DNA of 52,528 nucleotides from an uncultured Eggerthella sp. (GTDB lineage Bacteria; Actinomycetota; Coriobacteriia; Coriobacteriales; Eggerthellaceae): NCBI GenBank assembly GCA_900547965.1, contig URJE01000001.1, positions 1-52,528 on the forward strand, read 5' to 3'. A program made the position numbers and the translations under genes. Of the stretch, positions 18,415 through 28,512 are shown piece by piece. A model generated the notes under the pieces. That model was not told where the DNA came from, searched no databases, and was given only the letters and a program-made list of their open reading frames with translations. Each line of letters starts with the position of its first letter. The stretch's first letter is position 1.

Positions 18415-19632
18415 ATGGATACTGCGGAACAAAAAACTGTACTTATAGGAGTCAGCGGGGGCGTTGCAGCCTACAAATCATGCGAAATCGTACGAGGACT
18501 CCAAAAAGCAAACGTTCGAGTTAAAGTGATGATGACCGAACATGCCACGCACTTTATCGACCCGCTCACCTTCCGTTCCCTCACCCATGAGCCAGTTGCT
18601 GTAGGCCTCTTCGATGACCCTTCTGATCCAATTCATCACATTTCATTAGCGGCTGAAGCTGACCTTGTGCTTCTTGCGCCGTGCACAGCAAACATCATGG
18701 CTAAAGCAGCACATGGCATCGCGGACGATCTGTTCTCAACCACTCTTCTTGCCACCACGGCGCCTATCGTTGTTGCCCCTGCCATGAATGTCCATATGTA
18801 CGAAAATGCCGCCACGCAAACCAATATAGAAACCCTCAAATCACGTGGCTTTCATTTCGTTGAAGCAGACGACGGCTATCTTGCCTGTGGGGACGTTGGA
18901 CGCGGCCGCCTTGCCGAACCAGAACGTATCGTTTCTACCGTCTTAGAAGTGCTCAACGGAAAAGAGGAAATCGATAACGACCTTGCAGGCAAACGCATTA
19001 TGGTCACCGCCGGCCCCACGGTAGAGCCCATTGATCCAGTTCGTTACCTCACCAATCGCTCGTCCGGCAAATTCGGCTATGCGCTGGCAACGGCAGCCGC
19101 CAACCGAGGGGCTCAGGTCACCTTGATTTCCGGTCCTGTTGCACTTCCGGCACCCGCTGGCGTAGAAATGCGATACGTTGAAAGCGCCTGCGACATGCTT
19201 GCCGCTGCAGAAACTTCGTTTGCCAATGCCGACATCGCCCTGTTCGCCGCAGCAGTTGCCGATATGCGCCCCGCAAATCCAGCTGACAAGAAGCTCAAAA
19301 AAGGCACGAACGACAGCGAGCTTTCCGCTATTCAGTTGACCGAAAACCCCGACATCCTAGCAACGCTTGGCAATAAGAAGGATGGTCAGGTTGTAATTGG
19401 GTTTGCCGCTGAAACGAATGACGTAATCGAGAATGCCCGCAAGAAACTGGCCAAAAAAGGCGCGAATATGATTGTCGCAAATGAAGTTGGCGCCAATAGA
19501 ACTTTCGGCAAAGACGACGATGAAATCTGGCTTGTAACCGAATCTGGCGCGGAGCATATCAACCCTGCCCCTAAAACCGAACTGGCTCATATCATTCTCG
19601 ATAAAGCCCTTTCCATAACAAAACTGGATTGA
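18415..19632 (+). CDS. coaBC: Bifunctional phosphopantothenoylcysteine decarboxylase / ligase
   Basis: GGVAAYK, HI.LA, APCTAN, PAMN, LACGD.G.GRL, TAGPT.E.IDPVRY.TNRSSGK.G, AAVAD, GFAAET. Confidence 0.97.
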   Translation: MDTAEQKTVLIGVSGGVAAYKSCEIVRGLQKANVRVKVMMTEHATHFIDPLTFRSLTHEPVAVGLFDDPSDPIHHISLAAEADLVLLAPCTANIMAKAAHGIADDLFSTTLLATTAPIVVAPAMNVHMYENAATQTNIETLKSRGFHFVEADDGYLACGDVGRGRLAEPERIVSTVLEVLNGKEEIDNDLAGKRIMVTAGPTVEPIDPVRYLTNRSSGKFGYALATAAANRGAQVTLISGPVALPAPAGVEMRYVESACDMLAAAETSFANADIALFAAAVADMRPANPADKKLKKGTNDSELSAIQLTENPDILATLGNKKDGQVVIGFAAETNDVIENARKKLAKKGANMIVANEVGANRTFGKDDDEIWLVTESGAEHINPAPKTELAHIILDKALSITKLD

Positions 19633-19712
19633 GAAAATCGTTTAAATAATTGTTCTGACCTGGGATAATAATTGTTGCAAAGAAATTTCGAAAAATATTT
19701 TGAAAAATCCCT

Positions 19713-19741
19713 TTGCATCGCTAAGTTGTTTAGGTTATTAT
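19713..19741 (+). promoter_or_regulatory. Sigma-70-type promoter of tRNA-Pro with AT-rich upstream element
   Basis: TTGCAT (19713-18), 17 bp, TATTAT (19736-41); A/T tracts at about 19680-19710. Confidence 0.7.
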
Positions 19742-19769
19742 AGCGGAGCTGCTTCGGGCAGTAACCGAA

Positions 19770-19846
<77 letters not shown>

Positions 19847-19854
19847 GCTAAATC

Positions 19855-19898
19855 AGCAGGTCAGAGGAATGATTTCTTCTGACCTGCTTTTTTGTTTG
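19855..19898 (+). terminator. Terminator after tRNA-Pro
   Basis: AGCAGGTCAGA / TCTGACCTGCT stem followed by TTTTTGTTT. Confidence 0.85.
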
Positions 19899-20047
19899 CA
19901 TTAGGGATCAAGCTAACTGGTGATGCCTTAGCGATCCTTGTTATATCGTCTTCTTCTCTGCTTCCATCACTAGCTGATTTATTGTGAGGATTATCATTCT
20001 GTATATCGAGCACGGTACGATAGGCCAATTGAAAGGGATCTAAGCAT

Positions 20048-21903
20048 ATGCTTCTTAGCAAGCTTGAGCCAGGACAAAACGCCATAGTGGATTCAGTGGG
20101 CGGATCAGGCGCCATTAGACGTCATTTGCTCGATATGGGACTCACCCCCAACGCTCTGATCACCCTGCAGAAAGTTGCTCCCATGGGAGATCCTATCCAG
20201 ATCACGGTACGCGGGTTCGAGCTAACCCTTCGTCTCGAAGAGGCAAATAACGTACAGGTTACCCTCTCGGACAAGCCAGCAGCCCTTCATAAAAGCCAGC
20301 ACATCCACCAAGACATCGCCCACCCCGGTCTAGGCGAACTTTCTGGAGCAGGCGATTACAGACGCCACACCCAAAGGGAAACCGCCAAAACAGGCCCCTT
20401 GACCTTCGCTCTGGTCGGAAACCAAAATTGCGGCAAAACCACTTTGTTCAATCAACTAACCGGAGCCAACCAGCATGTCGGCAACTTCCCCGGCGTTACC
20501 GTTGACAGGAAAGACGGCACTATTCGCAGCCATTCAGAAGCCACTGTGACCGACTTGCCTGGAGTCTACTCGCTTTCTCCGTACTCAAATGAAGAAATCG
20601 TAACGCGCGACTTCCTGCTTGAATCAAAGCCTGATGGCGTCATCAACATCATCGATGGCACCAATATTGAACGCAATATGTACCTCACTATGCAGATTAT
20701 GGAACTGGGCATTCCTATGGTGCTAGCGTTGAACATGATGGATGAAGTTGAAAAGAATGGTGGAACCATTCGTGTCAACGAGCTCGAAGCAGAACTCGGC
20801 ATCCCCGTTGTCCCCATTTCCGCTGCAAAAAACCAGGGCGTAGACGAGCTTGTAGACCACGCTCTTCATGTTGCTCGTTTTTACGAGCTGCCGGAACAAA
20901 TCGATTTTTGCCCCTCAAGCGAGGAAGAGCACAACCCATTAGGAGCAGTGCATCGCTGCATCCACGCAACAGCTCATCTAATCGAGCCCTATGCCGAACA
21001 GGCTTCCGTGCCCCTTCGATTCGCCGCAACCAAAATGGTTGAAGGCGATGAGCTTATCAAGGAAAAGCTCGGTCTGCCCAAAAGCGCCCTGTCTTCCATT
21101 GACGAGCTTATTACCTCTATGGAACAATTAGCATGTACGCATTCGGAGTAATATGCGGTATTAGCTTTGCCGCCTTGCTAAAGCACCTGCGCTTTAGAGG
21201 TGAGCCCGTGCCCTTTGTTATGGAGCTTCCCAACTATCGTCTGCCTGCAGCGAAAAGCGTTGCCCGATTGGTTTGGGATAAAGCAAAGGGCTTTATCAAG
21301 AAGGCATTCACCGTCGTTCTTGCCGCATGCGTCATTATCTGGTTCCTGTAGACCTTCGACGCTCACCTAAATGTCGTGGAAGATGTGAATGCTAGCCTCC
21401 TGGCATGCATAGGCGGCTTTATAGCACCGCTTTTCGCCCCGCTCGGCTATGGGGACTGGCGTGTGTCTACCGCCCTTATGACGGGCTTTATGACCAAAGA
21501 AAGCGTGGTGTCCACCCTGACGCAAGTAATGGGTGAAGGAGTGGATCTCACGATGCTTTTCACGCCGGTAACCGCACTGGCATTCCTGGCCTTTGTTTTG
21601 CTGTACACACCATGCGTGGCAGCTATTGCCACGATTCGTAGCGAGCAGGGCGGCACTCGTGCAGCTCTCGAAATGATAGTGCTGCAATGCGGCATAGCTT
21701 GGATCGTTTCATTCGCCGTATACGCCGTCGGACAGCTCGCAACGGGCAGCATAGCGCAACTGAGCCCTATCGGATTTGCCGCTGCCGCCATAATCGCTAT
21801 TGGCATATGCGTGTACCTAAAGATCCAAAACAAAGATATCGAACTTGCGTCCGGATGCTCCAATTGCAAGAGCTGCAACAACAACTCATGCGGCTGCCAC
21901 TAA
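20048..21903 (+). pseudogene. feoB: feoA-feoB fusion, disrupted by an internal deletion/frameshift near 21130 and an in-frame TAG at 21349-21351
   Basis: FeoA (APMGDP) and G-domain (GNQNCGKT, VGNFPGVTV, DLPG, LNMMD) in 20048-21151. The sequence then jumps in another frame to the late-TM motif PFVMELPNYRLP, reads WFL*TFD, and continues in that frame through GYGDWR, KESVVSTL and LYTPCVAAI to a Cys-rich tail. Confidence 0.88.
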
Positions 21904-22075
21904 ACGAATTGATCAATCCCCATCAGGCTATCGTCTACAGGACGGCTAAGCTGATTTAAAAATGATGCTATTTGCGCCTTACTTCTTCCCCACAAACATC
22001 AAATCTCACGTATCGAGCACAACCTCGGTTTTACAATATGATGCGTTTTGTTCGCCATAGAGAGGGTTTAATTCC

Positions 22076-22771
22076 ATGAGCAACGAACGCCTTATAGCTA
22101 CCGCGAATCAATTTAAGCGTCTGCTTCTCGACAACAAACTGCTTGTAGTCGCTGTTGTTTGCACCACCGCGTATCTGGGCATCTTGGATAATGTGCTCGA
22201 AAGCGAAACAATGAAACTCGACGAAGCGGCGTATTGGCTTATCGTAGAAAACCTTCGCCAACCCTGGCTTACACCCATCATGGAAAGCTTTTCCAATTTG
22301 GCAACACCTGTCACCATCGTTGTGCTCTGGGTTCTCGTAACCGCCTTTGCGCCGGGAAGAAGAGTTGGATTATGCACAGGAGTGAATCTGATACTGGCTC
22401 TTGCCTTAAATCAGGCGATGAAGGCAATCGTACAACGCCCTCGACCTGAGGGCTTTCGTCTTGCTGAAGCCAGCGGTTTCAGTTTCCCATCTGGCCATTC
22501 AATGGTTGCTATGGCATTTTTTGGCTTACTTGTTTGGTTCGTGTGGCGCTATGAAAAAGACAGGGTGCGCCGCGCACTGATCATCGTTGCTTTCTGCGTG
22601 ATTATCGCCATGATCGGAATTAGCCGCGTTTACCTAGGTGTTCATTTCGCAAGCGATGTGATAGGAGGATTTTGTCTTTCGCTTATCTGGCTCGTGTTCT
22701 TTACAAGAATAATCGCTCCGCTTTTAACAGCGGATAAGAAGGCTGAGAGCACTCCCGCTTCCGCCCAATAG
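22076..22771 (+). CDS. PAP2-family membrane phosphatase
   Basis: K....RPRP, SFPSGH and SRVYLGVHF.SDV motifs. Confidence 0.93.
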   Translation: MSNERLIATANQFKRLLLDNKLLVVAVVCTTAYLGILDNVLESETMKLDEAAYWLIVENLRQPWLTPIMESFSNLATPVTIVVLWVLVTAFAPGRRVGLCTGVNLILALALNQAMKAIVQRPRPEGFRLAEASGFSFPSGHSMVAMAFFGLLVWFVWRYEKDRVRRALIIVAFCVIIAMIGISRVYLGVHFASDVIGGFCLSLIWLVFFTRIIAPLLTADKKAESTPASAQ

Positions 22772-22777
22772 TTATCA

Positions 22778-22807
22778 AATAGAGGCCGCGCAATGGCGAC
22801 CTCTATA
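22778..22807 (-). terminator. Hairpin between convergent PAP2 and rluD genes
   Basis: ATAGAGG.CGC / GCG.CCTCTAT inverted repeat with a short T run on the minus strand. Confidence 0.55.
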
Positions 22808-22865
22808 GCTGTTCAGCAAGCGCATGCGCAATCTTCCCGCAAGAAACTGCAGCTTTGAACCCCTT

Positions 22866-23936
22866 TTACAGAAACGTAAACGAATCAACCTCTTCAGCGG
22901 TTTTGCCTTCAGGAATCCGGATGCCTCGACCCTCGCTGCAGTACTTAAAGAGCACTTCCCTGCCTGCATCCGTAAGACCAATGCGACGGTTCTGGAGTCT
23001 GCGAAGAGTATCCTGCAAATCTTTCGGTACAGGAGCCAAGAATTCCATCACCTCACCCGTACGAGGATGCTCGAACTCTACAAAATAGGAATGAAGGAAT
23101 TGACGCGTTAAACCAAGGTTGTCAGCTTTACCGGGAGTGCCATACATAGGATCACCAACGCACCAATGCTTAATGTATTCCATATGCACACGGATCTGAT
23201 GCGTGCGCCCAGAGTACAATTTGCATTCGATTAGCGAAAAGCCATTGTCTTTATTGGAAGACTCAAAGCGTTCCAGCACCTTAAACGTAGTTACAGAAGA
23301 ACGTGCTTGAGGCTTATCAGAAACCTGCATGCGAGTGCGAACCTTATCGCTACGGAAAATAGGTGCATCGATAAGGCCCGTGTCGCTGGCAATATTTCCA
23401 TGCACCAGGCACAGATAACGCCTATTAACATTGCGGGAACGAATCTCATCCTGCAACTCAAAGCCAATTTCATCGTTTTTGGCAACAAGCATAAGTCCAG
23501 AAGTGTCGCCATCCAAACGATGCACAATACCCGGACGATCGTCACCCTGGATATGCGCCAAATGATCACGCCCATACTTATAGATGAGCGCATTTGACAA
23601 GGTCCCGTCAGGATGTCCCGGAGAAGGATGGCAGATTAAACCAGCCTGCTTGTTGATGACTGCCATATCCTCATCTTCGTAAAACACATCAAGCGGAATG
23701 TCCTGAGGCTCGAGAAACACTCGGTCGTTGCTTTCGAACTCCTCATAAACAATGAAATCGCCCGTATGCACCAAAGTCTTTTTCGTCGGAGACTGCCCAC
23801 CTACAAAAACCTTGCCTGCCTCAATCTGCTTTACCGCTTTACTGCGAGATTCGTACAACCCCGATTCGTACAAAAAGGAATCAAGGCGCATATCGTTATA
23901 TGCTTCAGTAACCGTCGTTGAAAGGCTTCGCGCCAT
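22866..23936 (-). CDS. rluD: RluA/RluD-family pseudouridine synthase
   Basis: N-terminal S4 domain (RLD), NKQAG, RPGIVHRLDGDTSG, SGRTHQIRVH, GDPMYG, QFLHS. Confidence 0.92.
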   Translation of the reverse strand: MARSLSTTVTEAYNDMRLDSFLYESGLYESRSKAVKQIEAGKVFVGGQSPTKKTLVHTGDFIVYEEFESNDRVFLEPQDIPLDVFYEDEDMAVINKQAGLICHPSPGHPDGTLSNALIYKYGRDHLAHIQGDDRPGIVHRLDGDTSGLMLVAKNDEIGFELQDEIRSRNVNRRYLCLVHGNIASDTGLIDAPIFRSDKVRTRMQVSDKPQARSSVTTFKVLERFESSNKDNGFSLIECKLYSGRTHQIRVHMEYIKHWCVGDPMYGTPGKADNLGLTRQFLHSYFVEFEHPRTGEVMEFLAPVPKDLQDTLRRLQNRRIGLTDAGREVLFKYCSEGRGIRIPEGKTAEEVDSFTFL

Positions 23937-23939
23937 ACG

Positions 23940-24500
23940 TTATTCCTCCTTAATTGAAGAGGTTTCATGAGGATCCTTTCCCTCATGAACAATCTGAACT
24001 ATCCAGCAAATTGCCAACAAAGCAATTCCGCAGGTAACGCCAATGTCAGCAATATTAAAAGTTGGAAAATCGATAAAGAGCGGCGTAATGAAATCGACAA
24101 CATACCCCTGCACTATGCGATCGTACAAGTTGCCTATCCCCCCTGCAAACAACAATCCAAGACCGATCATCTCAGGAGCCGAGGAACGACGCGCCCAATA
24201 TAGAGAAAAGACAGCAATGCCAATACACATCAAGGAAGTCGCAATTGCGATTATGGGAATATTCCCCGCAAAGGCGCCCCAAGCAACGCCCTTGTTGTGG
24301 ACCAAATTGAGCTGAACCAATCCGAAGATATCGGGAACCGCAATTTGCCCAACATGGAAGTTGCTATCAAAATAAGCTTTTGTGAGTCGATCTACAACAC
24401 ACCACAAAAACGCGCAACCCGCCCATAAGGCAAGATTGCGCGCAAGGCAGGTGCCGCCGTTTTTGGCGGCACCCGTATCTTTTTTAGAAGCGTTGGTCAT
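23940..24500 (-). CDS. lspA: Lipoprotein signal peptidase II
   Basis: D..TK, N.G.AWG, GG.GNL.DR...GYVVDF, FN.AD motifs. Alternative TTG start at 24509. Confidence 0.93.
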   Translation of the reverse strand: MTNASKKDTGAAKNGGTCLARNLALWAGCAFLWCVVDRLTKAYFDSNFHVGQIAVPDIFGLVQLNLVHNKGVAWGAFAGNIPIIAIATSLMCIGIAVFSLYWARRSSAPEMIGLGLLFAGGIGNLYDRIVQGYVVDFITPLFIDFPTFNIADIGVTCGIALLAICWIVQIVHEGKDPHETSSIKEE

Positions 24501-24514
24501 CCCAGGCAAGAGCC

Positions 24515-27367
24515 TTACTCTTCGCCTTCGAAACCAATAGCATCAAGCGCGTCGCCACAACGCTTACATACATGAGGATGGTTTGCGTTGCCACCCAGTT
24601 CGCGGAAGTTCCAGCAACGAGGACACTTCTCACCCTGCGCTGCAACAACTTCGCAGCAGAGCTCAGAGCCCTCAACGAAGCGAACGCCCGCAACAATGAA
24701 GAGTTCTTCAAATACAGCTGCATCAAAAGCACTCAATACAACTAGGGCGGCGGCAGGAACAGTAACCTCTACGCTAGCCTCCTGGCTCTTCTTGATGACC
24801 TTGGCACCGCGCGCCTCTTCGAGCGCTTTGGTAACCACATCACGAACTTCCATGATGGTTGCCCACTGAGCCTCAAGCTGTTCCGTTTCAGCAGGAAGGG
24901 CGGGAACAAAGCTTTCTCGAGTAGGCCAATCACACAGCTGCACAGAAGATTCACGGCCCTCGCGACCACGAGCTGCTTCGGGATAATGCTGCCAAACTTC
25001 TTCAGTGGTAAACGTAAGAACGGGGGCAAGCACACGAACCATAACTTCAAGGATGTTCATAAGGACAGTCTGAACCGCACGACGACGAGAGCTTTCCGGA
25101 GCCTCGGAATACAGGCGGTCCTTCGCAACATCCATGTAAACGTTGGAGAGATCGGTAACGAAATCGTACGCCAGACGATAAACGTGATGGAAGCGATATT
25201 CGTCAAATGCCTTCGTAACATCGTCGAGCATGGCGGCAGTTTTTACCATCATGTACTGGTCGATGGGCTCAAGCTCATCCCAGGCAACGAAGTCGGCTTG
25301 ATCATCGAAGTTGTCCAAGTTACCAAGCAGGAAGCGGAAGGTATTGCGGAACTTACGATAGGTCTCAGAAGTTCGCTGGAGGATCTCATCGCCAATGGAC
25401 ACATCTTGGCCATAATCGACCGAGCTAGTCCACAAGCGAAGCACTTCAGCGCCCAAGGTCTTGTTCACGTCACTGGGGTCAATGGTATTGCCCAGGGACT
25501 TGGACATCTTTTTGCCATCTTTATCGAGTGTGAAACCGCAGCTGATAACGCTCTTGTAAGGCGGAATGCCATATGCCGCAATGCTTGTGAGCAAAGAAGA
25601 CTGGAACCAGCCACGATGCTGATCGGAGCCTTCCAGATACACATCGGCGGGACGATGGAGGTTCTCTCGAGCCTCGCAAACGGAAGTGTGACTTACACCA
25701 GACTCCCACCAAACGTCCAATACGTCTTTATCGGATTCCAGGTGATCAACGCCGGCACCGCAGTTAGGACAGCAGGTATCTGCTGGCAGGAATTCGGCGG
25801 GCGTCTTGCGATACCAAGAATCGGCACCCTCGGTCTTGAAGAGATTGATAACCGCATCGAACGTTGCTTCGGTAGCTACGGTTTCGCCGCAGGAATCGCA
25901 GGTAAATACCGGAATCGGAACACCCCAATAGCGCTGACGGCTAATGCACCAATCAGGACGATCGGCAACCATGGCGCCAATGCGATTGGAAGCCCAGGAA
26001 GGATACCAGGCAACGTCTTCCTTGATAGCGTTAGATGCCTTTTCGCGAATACCAGTCTTGTCCATGGAAACAAACCATTGGGTGGTTGCACGGAAAATAA
26101 CGGGCTCGTGGCAGCGCCAACAATGGGGGTAGCTATGATCGATATCCTCGTGAAGGATGAGAAGACCCTTTTCGTCGAGCCACTTGATGATCTCGGGGTT
26201 GGCCTCATTGACGTCCATTCCACCCCAAGGGCCACCATAGCCGATACCCTCGCCAACATAGAATTTTCCGTCGTCATCGACAGGCATAATAACGGGAATA
26301 TCGAATTTCATGCCAGCGTTGTAGTCGTCGACGCCATGGCCAGGAGCGCCATGAACAATACCCGTACCATCTTCGAGCGTTACGTAGTCGGCATAGATAA
26401 ATTTGCCGATTTCGCCCTGGTCGGCAAAAATAGGCTGCTTGTACTCATTGCCAGCAAGATCTGCGCCGGTCATAGACCATTCACTACCGTCAGCGCAACA
26501 AGCAAGTTCGTTGTTCCAGCCAAAACGCTCGCAGCATTTCTCAACCAAATCACGGGCAACGATGGTGGCGCGACCATCGACAACAATAGCTACGTATTCT
26601 GCCGCAGGGTGAAGAATGACGCATTGGTCTGCGGGGAGCGTCCATGGCGTAGTGGTCCAGATGGCTACATCCATCTTGCCTTCATACGATTCAAGGCCAG
26701 CAGGGGTAGTCGTCATTTCAAAACGAACGAAGATGGCAGGGCTTACTTCGTTGCTGTATTCGATTTCAGCTTCAGCAAGTGCCGTGTGGCAGTGGCTACA
26801 CCAATGAATGGGCTTACGGCCACGATACACACTGCCATCAAGATAGAGCTTCTTGAAAATCTCAATGTTGCCTGCTTCATATTCAGGCAAGTAGGTAAGG
26901 TAAGGATTATCCCACTCTCCACGCACACCAAGGCGCTTGAAGCCCTCGCGCTGACCGTCAAGCTGCTTAGTAGCGTATTCGCGACAGATCTTGCGGAACG
27001 TAGCCGTATCGATCTTGGCCATCTTCTCTTCGCCGAGCTGTTCCTCAACCTTATTTTCAATAGGCAGGCCATGACAGTCCCAGCCGGGAACATAGGGTGC
27101 GTAGAAACCGCGCATAGACTTGTACTTAACGATGAAGTCTTTAAGGATCTTATTGAAGGCATGGCCGATATGAATGGGGCCATTTGCATACGGAGGACCA
27201 TCGTGCAGGACGAAGGGTGCATTATCCTTGTTCTTTTCAAGCACCTTTGCGTAAATATCGATGTCATTCCAATACTCAAGGCGCTTAGGTTCGTTTTCAG
27301 GCAAGTTCGCACGCATCGCGAAGTCGGTGCGCGGCAGATTCATGGTTTGCTTGTAGCTGTTGGCCAC
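24515..27367 (-). CDS. ileS: Isoleucine--tRNA ligase (type 1)
   Basis: HDGPPYANG.IHIGH, GWDCHGLPIE, WTTTPWT, DWCISRQR, EGSDQHRGWF, KMSKS, C-terminal CPRCW...C..C zinc finger; GTG start at 27367 after GAAAGGG. Confidence 0.98.
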   Translation of the reverse strand: MANSYKQTMNLPRTDFAMRANLPENEPKRLEYWNDIDIYAKVLEKNKDNAPFVLHDGPPYANGPIHIGHAFNKILKDFIVKYKSMRGFYAPYVPGWDCHGLPIENKVEEQLGEEKMAKIDTATFRKICREYATKQLDGQREGFKRLGVRGEWDNPYLTYLPEYEAGNIEIFKKLYLDGSVYRGRKPIHWCSHCHTALAEAEIEYSNEVSPAIFVRFEMTTTPAGLESYEGKMDVAIWTTTPWTLPADQCVILHPAAEYVAIVVDGRATIVARDLVEKCCERFGWNNELACCADGSEWSMTGADLAGNEYKQPIFADQGEIGKFIYADYVTLEDGTGIVHGAPGHGVDDYNAGMKFDIPVIMPVDDDGKFYVGEGIGYGGPWGGMDVNEANPEIIKWLDEKGLLILHEDIDHSYPHCWRCHEPVIFRATTQWFVSMDKTGIREKASNAIKEDVAWYPSWASNRIGAMVADRPDWCISRQRYWGVPIPVFTCDSCGETVATEATFDAVINLFKTEGADSWYRKTPAEFLPADTCCPNCGAGVDHLESDKDVLDVWWESGVSHTSVCEARENLHRPADVYLEGSDQHRGWFQSSLLTSIAAYGIPPYKSVISCGFTLDKDGKKMSKSLGNTIDPSDVNKTLGAEVLRLWTSSVDYGQDVSIGDEILQRTSETYRKFRNTFRFLLGNLDNFDDQADFVAWDELEPIDQYMMVKTAAMLDDVTKAFDEYRFHHVYRLAYDFVTDLSNVYMDVAKDRLYSEAPESSRRRAVQTVLMNILEVMVRVLAPVLTFTTEEVWQHYPEAARGREGRESSVQLCDWPTRESFVPALPAETEQLEAQWATIMEVRDVVTKALEEARGAKVIKKSQEASVEVTVPAAALVVLSAFDAAVFEELFIVAGVRFVEGSELCCEVVAAQGEKCPRCWNFRELGGNANHPHVCKRCGDALDAIGFEGEE

Positions 27368-27713
27368 GATGCACCCTTTCTTCATCCTTGTATTTTGTAT
27401 AACCATGAAATTATACCGAACTTGACCAAATAGCGAAGCAGCTGAATTGTTAAGCAGCCCATCGACCTTAAATCATCACGTTTCGGCTGCATAATAATCT
27501 GCTAGATATATGAGCAGCAACACTACACGCAGCCCGCTAAGCCGAGTCGCTATCTCGAAAGACGCGCAGTAGAAACCACACCTTAAAAAAGATGAAAACA
27601 ATTGGCGGTTCATGCATGAATTTGACTCATACATGCTGTTTCAGATTGCATTGTTTTCTCGATTAACCGAGCAATACAATGGACAAAAAAGGGACCAGGG
27701 CAAGGAGGGCGTC

Positions 27714-27995
27714 ATGAACGATGGGAAGACCAAGAGCGCCGCAGGCCTCTATACCCGTGTCGATCTTGACGAGGTTCTTTATACTGACAATTTTTCTGTA
27801 TGCAAAAGCTGCATTGGCTGCGGCAAATGCAGCCGAATTTGCCCCGCCGAAGCAATAAAGATGAAAGATGGGCATCCCGTCTGGATAAAAGAAACGTGTC
27901 TTATGTGCTTCGGCTGCCTAAGGCTCTGCCCCACTGCTGCAATTCGTTACGGTGACACCGAACAATCGAAATGCGCTATCGCAAAGGTCTCATAA
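27714..27995 (+). CDS. Small 2x[4Fe-4S] ferredoxin
   Basis: CIGCGKCSRICP and CLMCFGCLRLCP; ATG 27714 after AAGGAGG. Confidence 0.85.
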   Translation: MNDGKTKSAAGLYTRVDLDEVLYTDNFSVCKSCIGCGKCSRICPAEAIKMKDGHPVWIKETCLMCFGCLRLCPTAAIRYGDTEQSKCAIAKVS

Positions 27996-28094
27996 GCTAA
28001 AGCACGGCAAGCAACCTCATGACGCTTACCAAAGCCCAAAACGACAGAGCCTCATTGTTCGAGATGGGTAGATTGTCCAAGTCCCACAAAACGC

Positions 28095-28127
28095 AAATAG
28101 ACCCCGCTTAAAACCAGCGAGGTCTAT
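28095..28127 (-). terminator. Terminator between the ferredoxin and the 73-aa gene
   Basis: Minus strand ATAGACCTCGCT...AGCGGGGTCTAT followed by TTGCGTTTT. Confidence 0.7.
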
Positions 28128-28223
28128 GCCGGGTCGCAGTCTATGAAGTGCAACCCTAAACGTTCCTGTCTTCAGCGCAGCCCCTATTTGATTCCGAGTT
28201 TGATTAAAGCTGCAACCAAAAAC

Positions 28224-28445
28224 TTACGCAACAGAAGCTTGCTGACCGTGTATGCCAACCGTAGAAGAAATCTTAACGCCAAGTTCCGACAAATCAACTC
28301 GAGGCTCCGAACGAACAAATGCCCCATGTTCAGGGCAAACGCCATGGTATATGACTTCTTCAGGGGCAACTTCGACGGTAAGATCCAACAGGACTCCGCA
28401 TTTCGGACAAGTTCCCATGGTTTCAACGCTTGGAATCTTACTCAT
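28224..28445 (-). CDS. 73-aa putative metal-ribbon protein (CPKC...CPEHG)
   Basis: GGAGAGG RBS, CxxC and CxxH ligand pairs, downstream terminator, upstream operator-like repeats. Confidence 0.7.
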   Translation of the reverse strand: MSKIPSVETMGTCPKCGVLLDLTVEVAPEEVIYHGVCPEHGAFVRSEPRVDLSELGVKISSTVGIHGQQASVA

Positions 28446-28512
28446 GGCAATACCGCCTCTCCATGTACGGGCTAACCCCGCCTTATTGCCGTTTCTTCGA
28501 TAACGGCAAGTT

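Noticed and set aside
21349..21351. In-frame TAG in feoB read as pyrrolysine or programmed read-through
   Set aside because: The gene is already broken upstream by a deletion/frameshift, no pyl genes are in the window, and a simple C-to-T change suffices
24986..27433. 815-aa ORF on +
   Set aside because: Antisense shadow of ileS with no recognisable motifs; explained by the codon bias of the real gene
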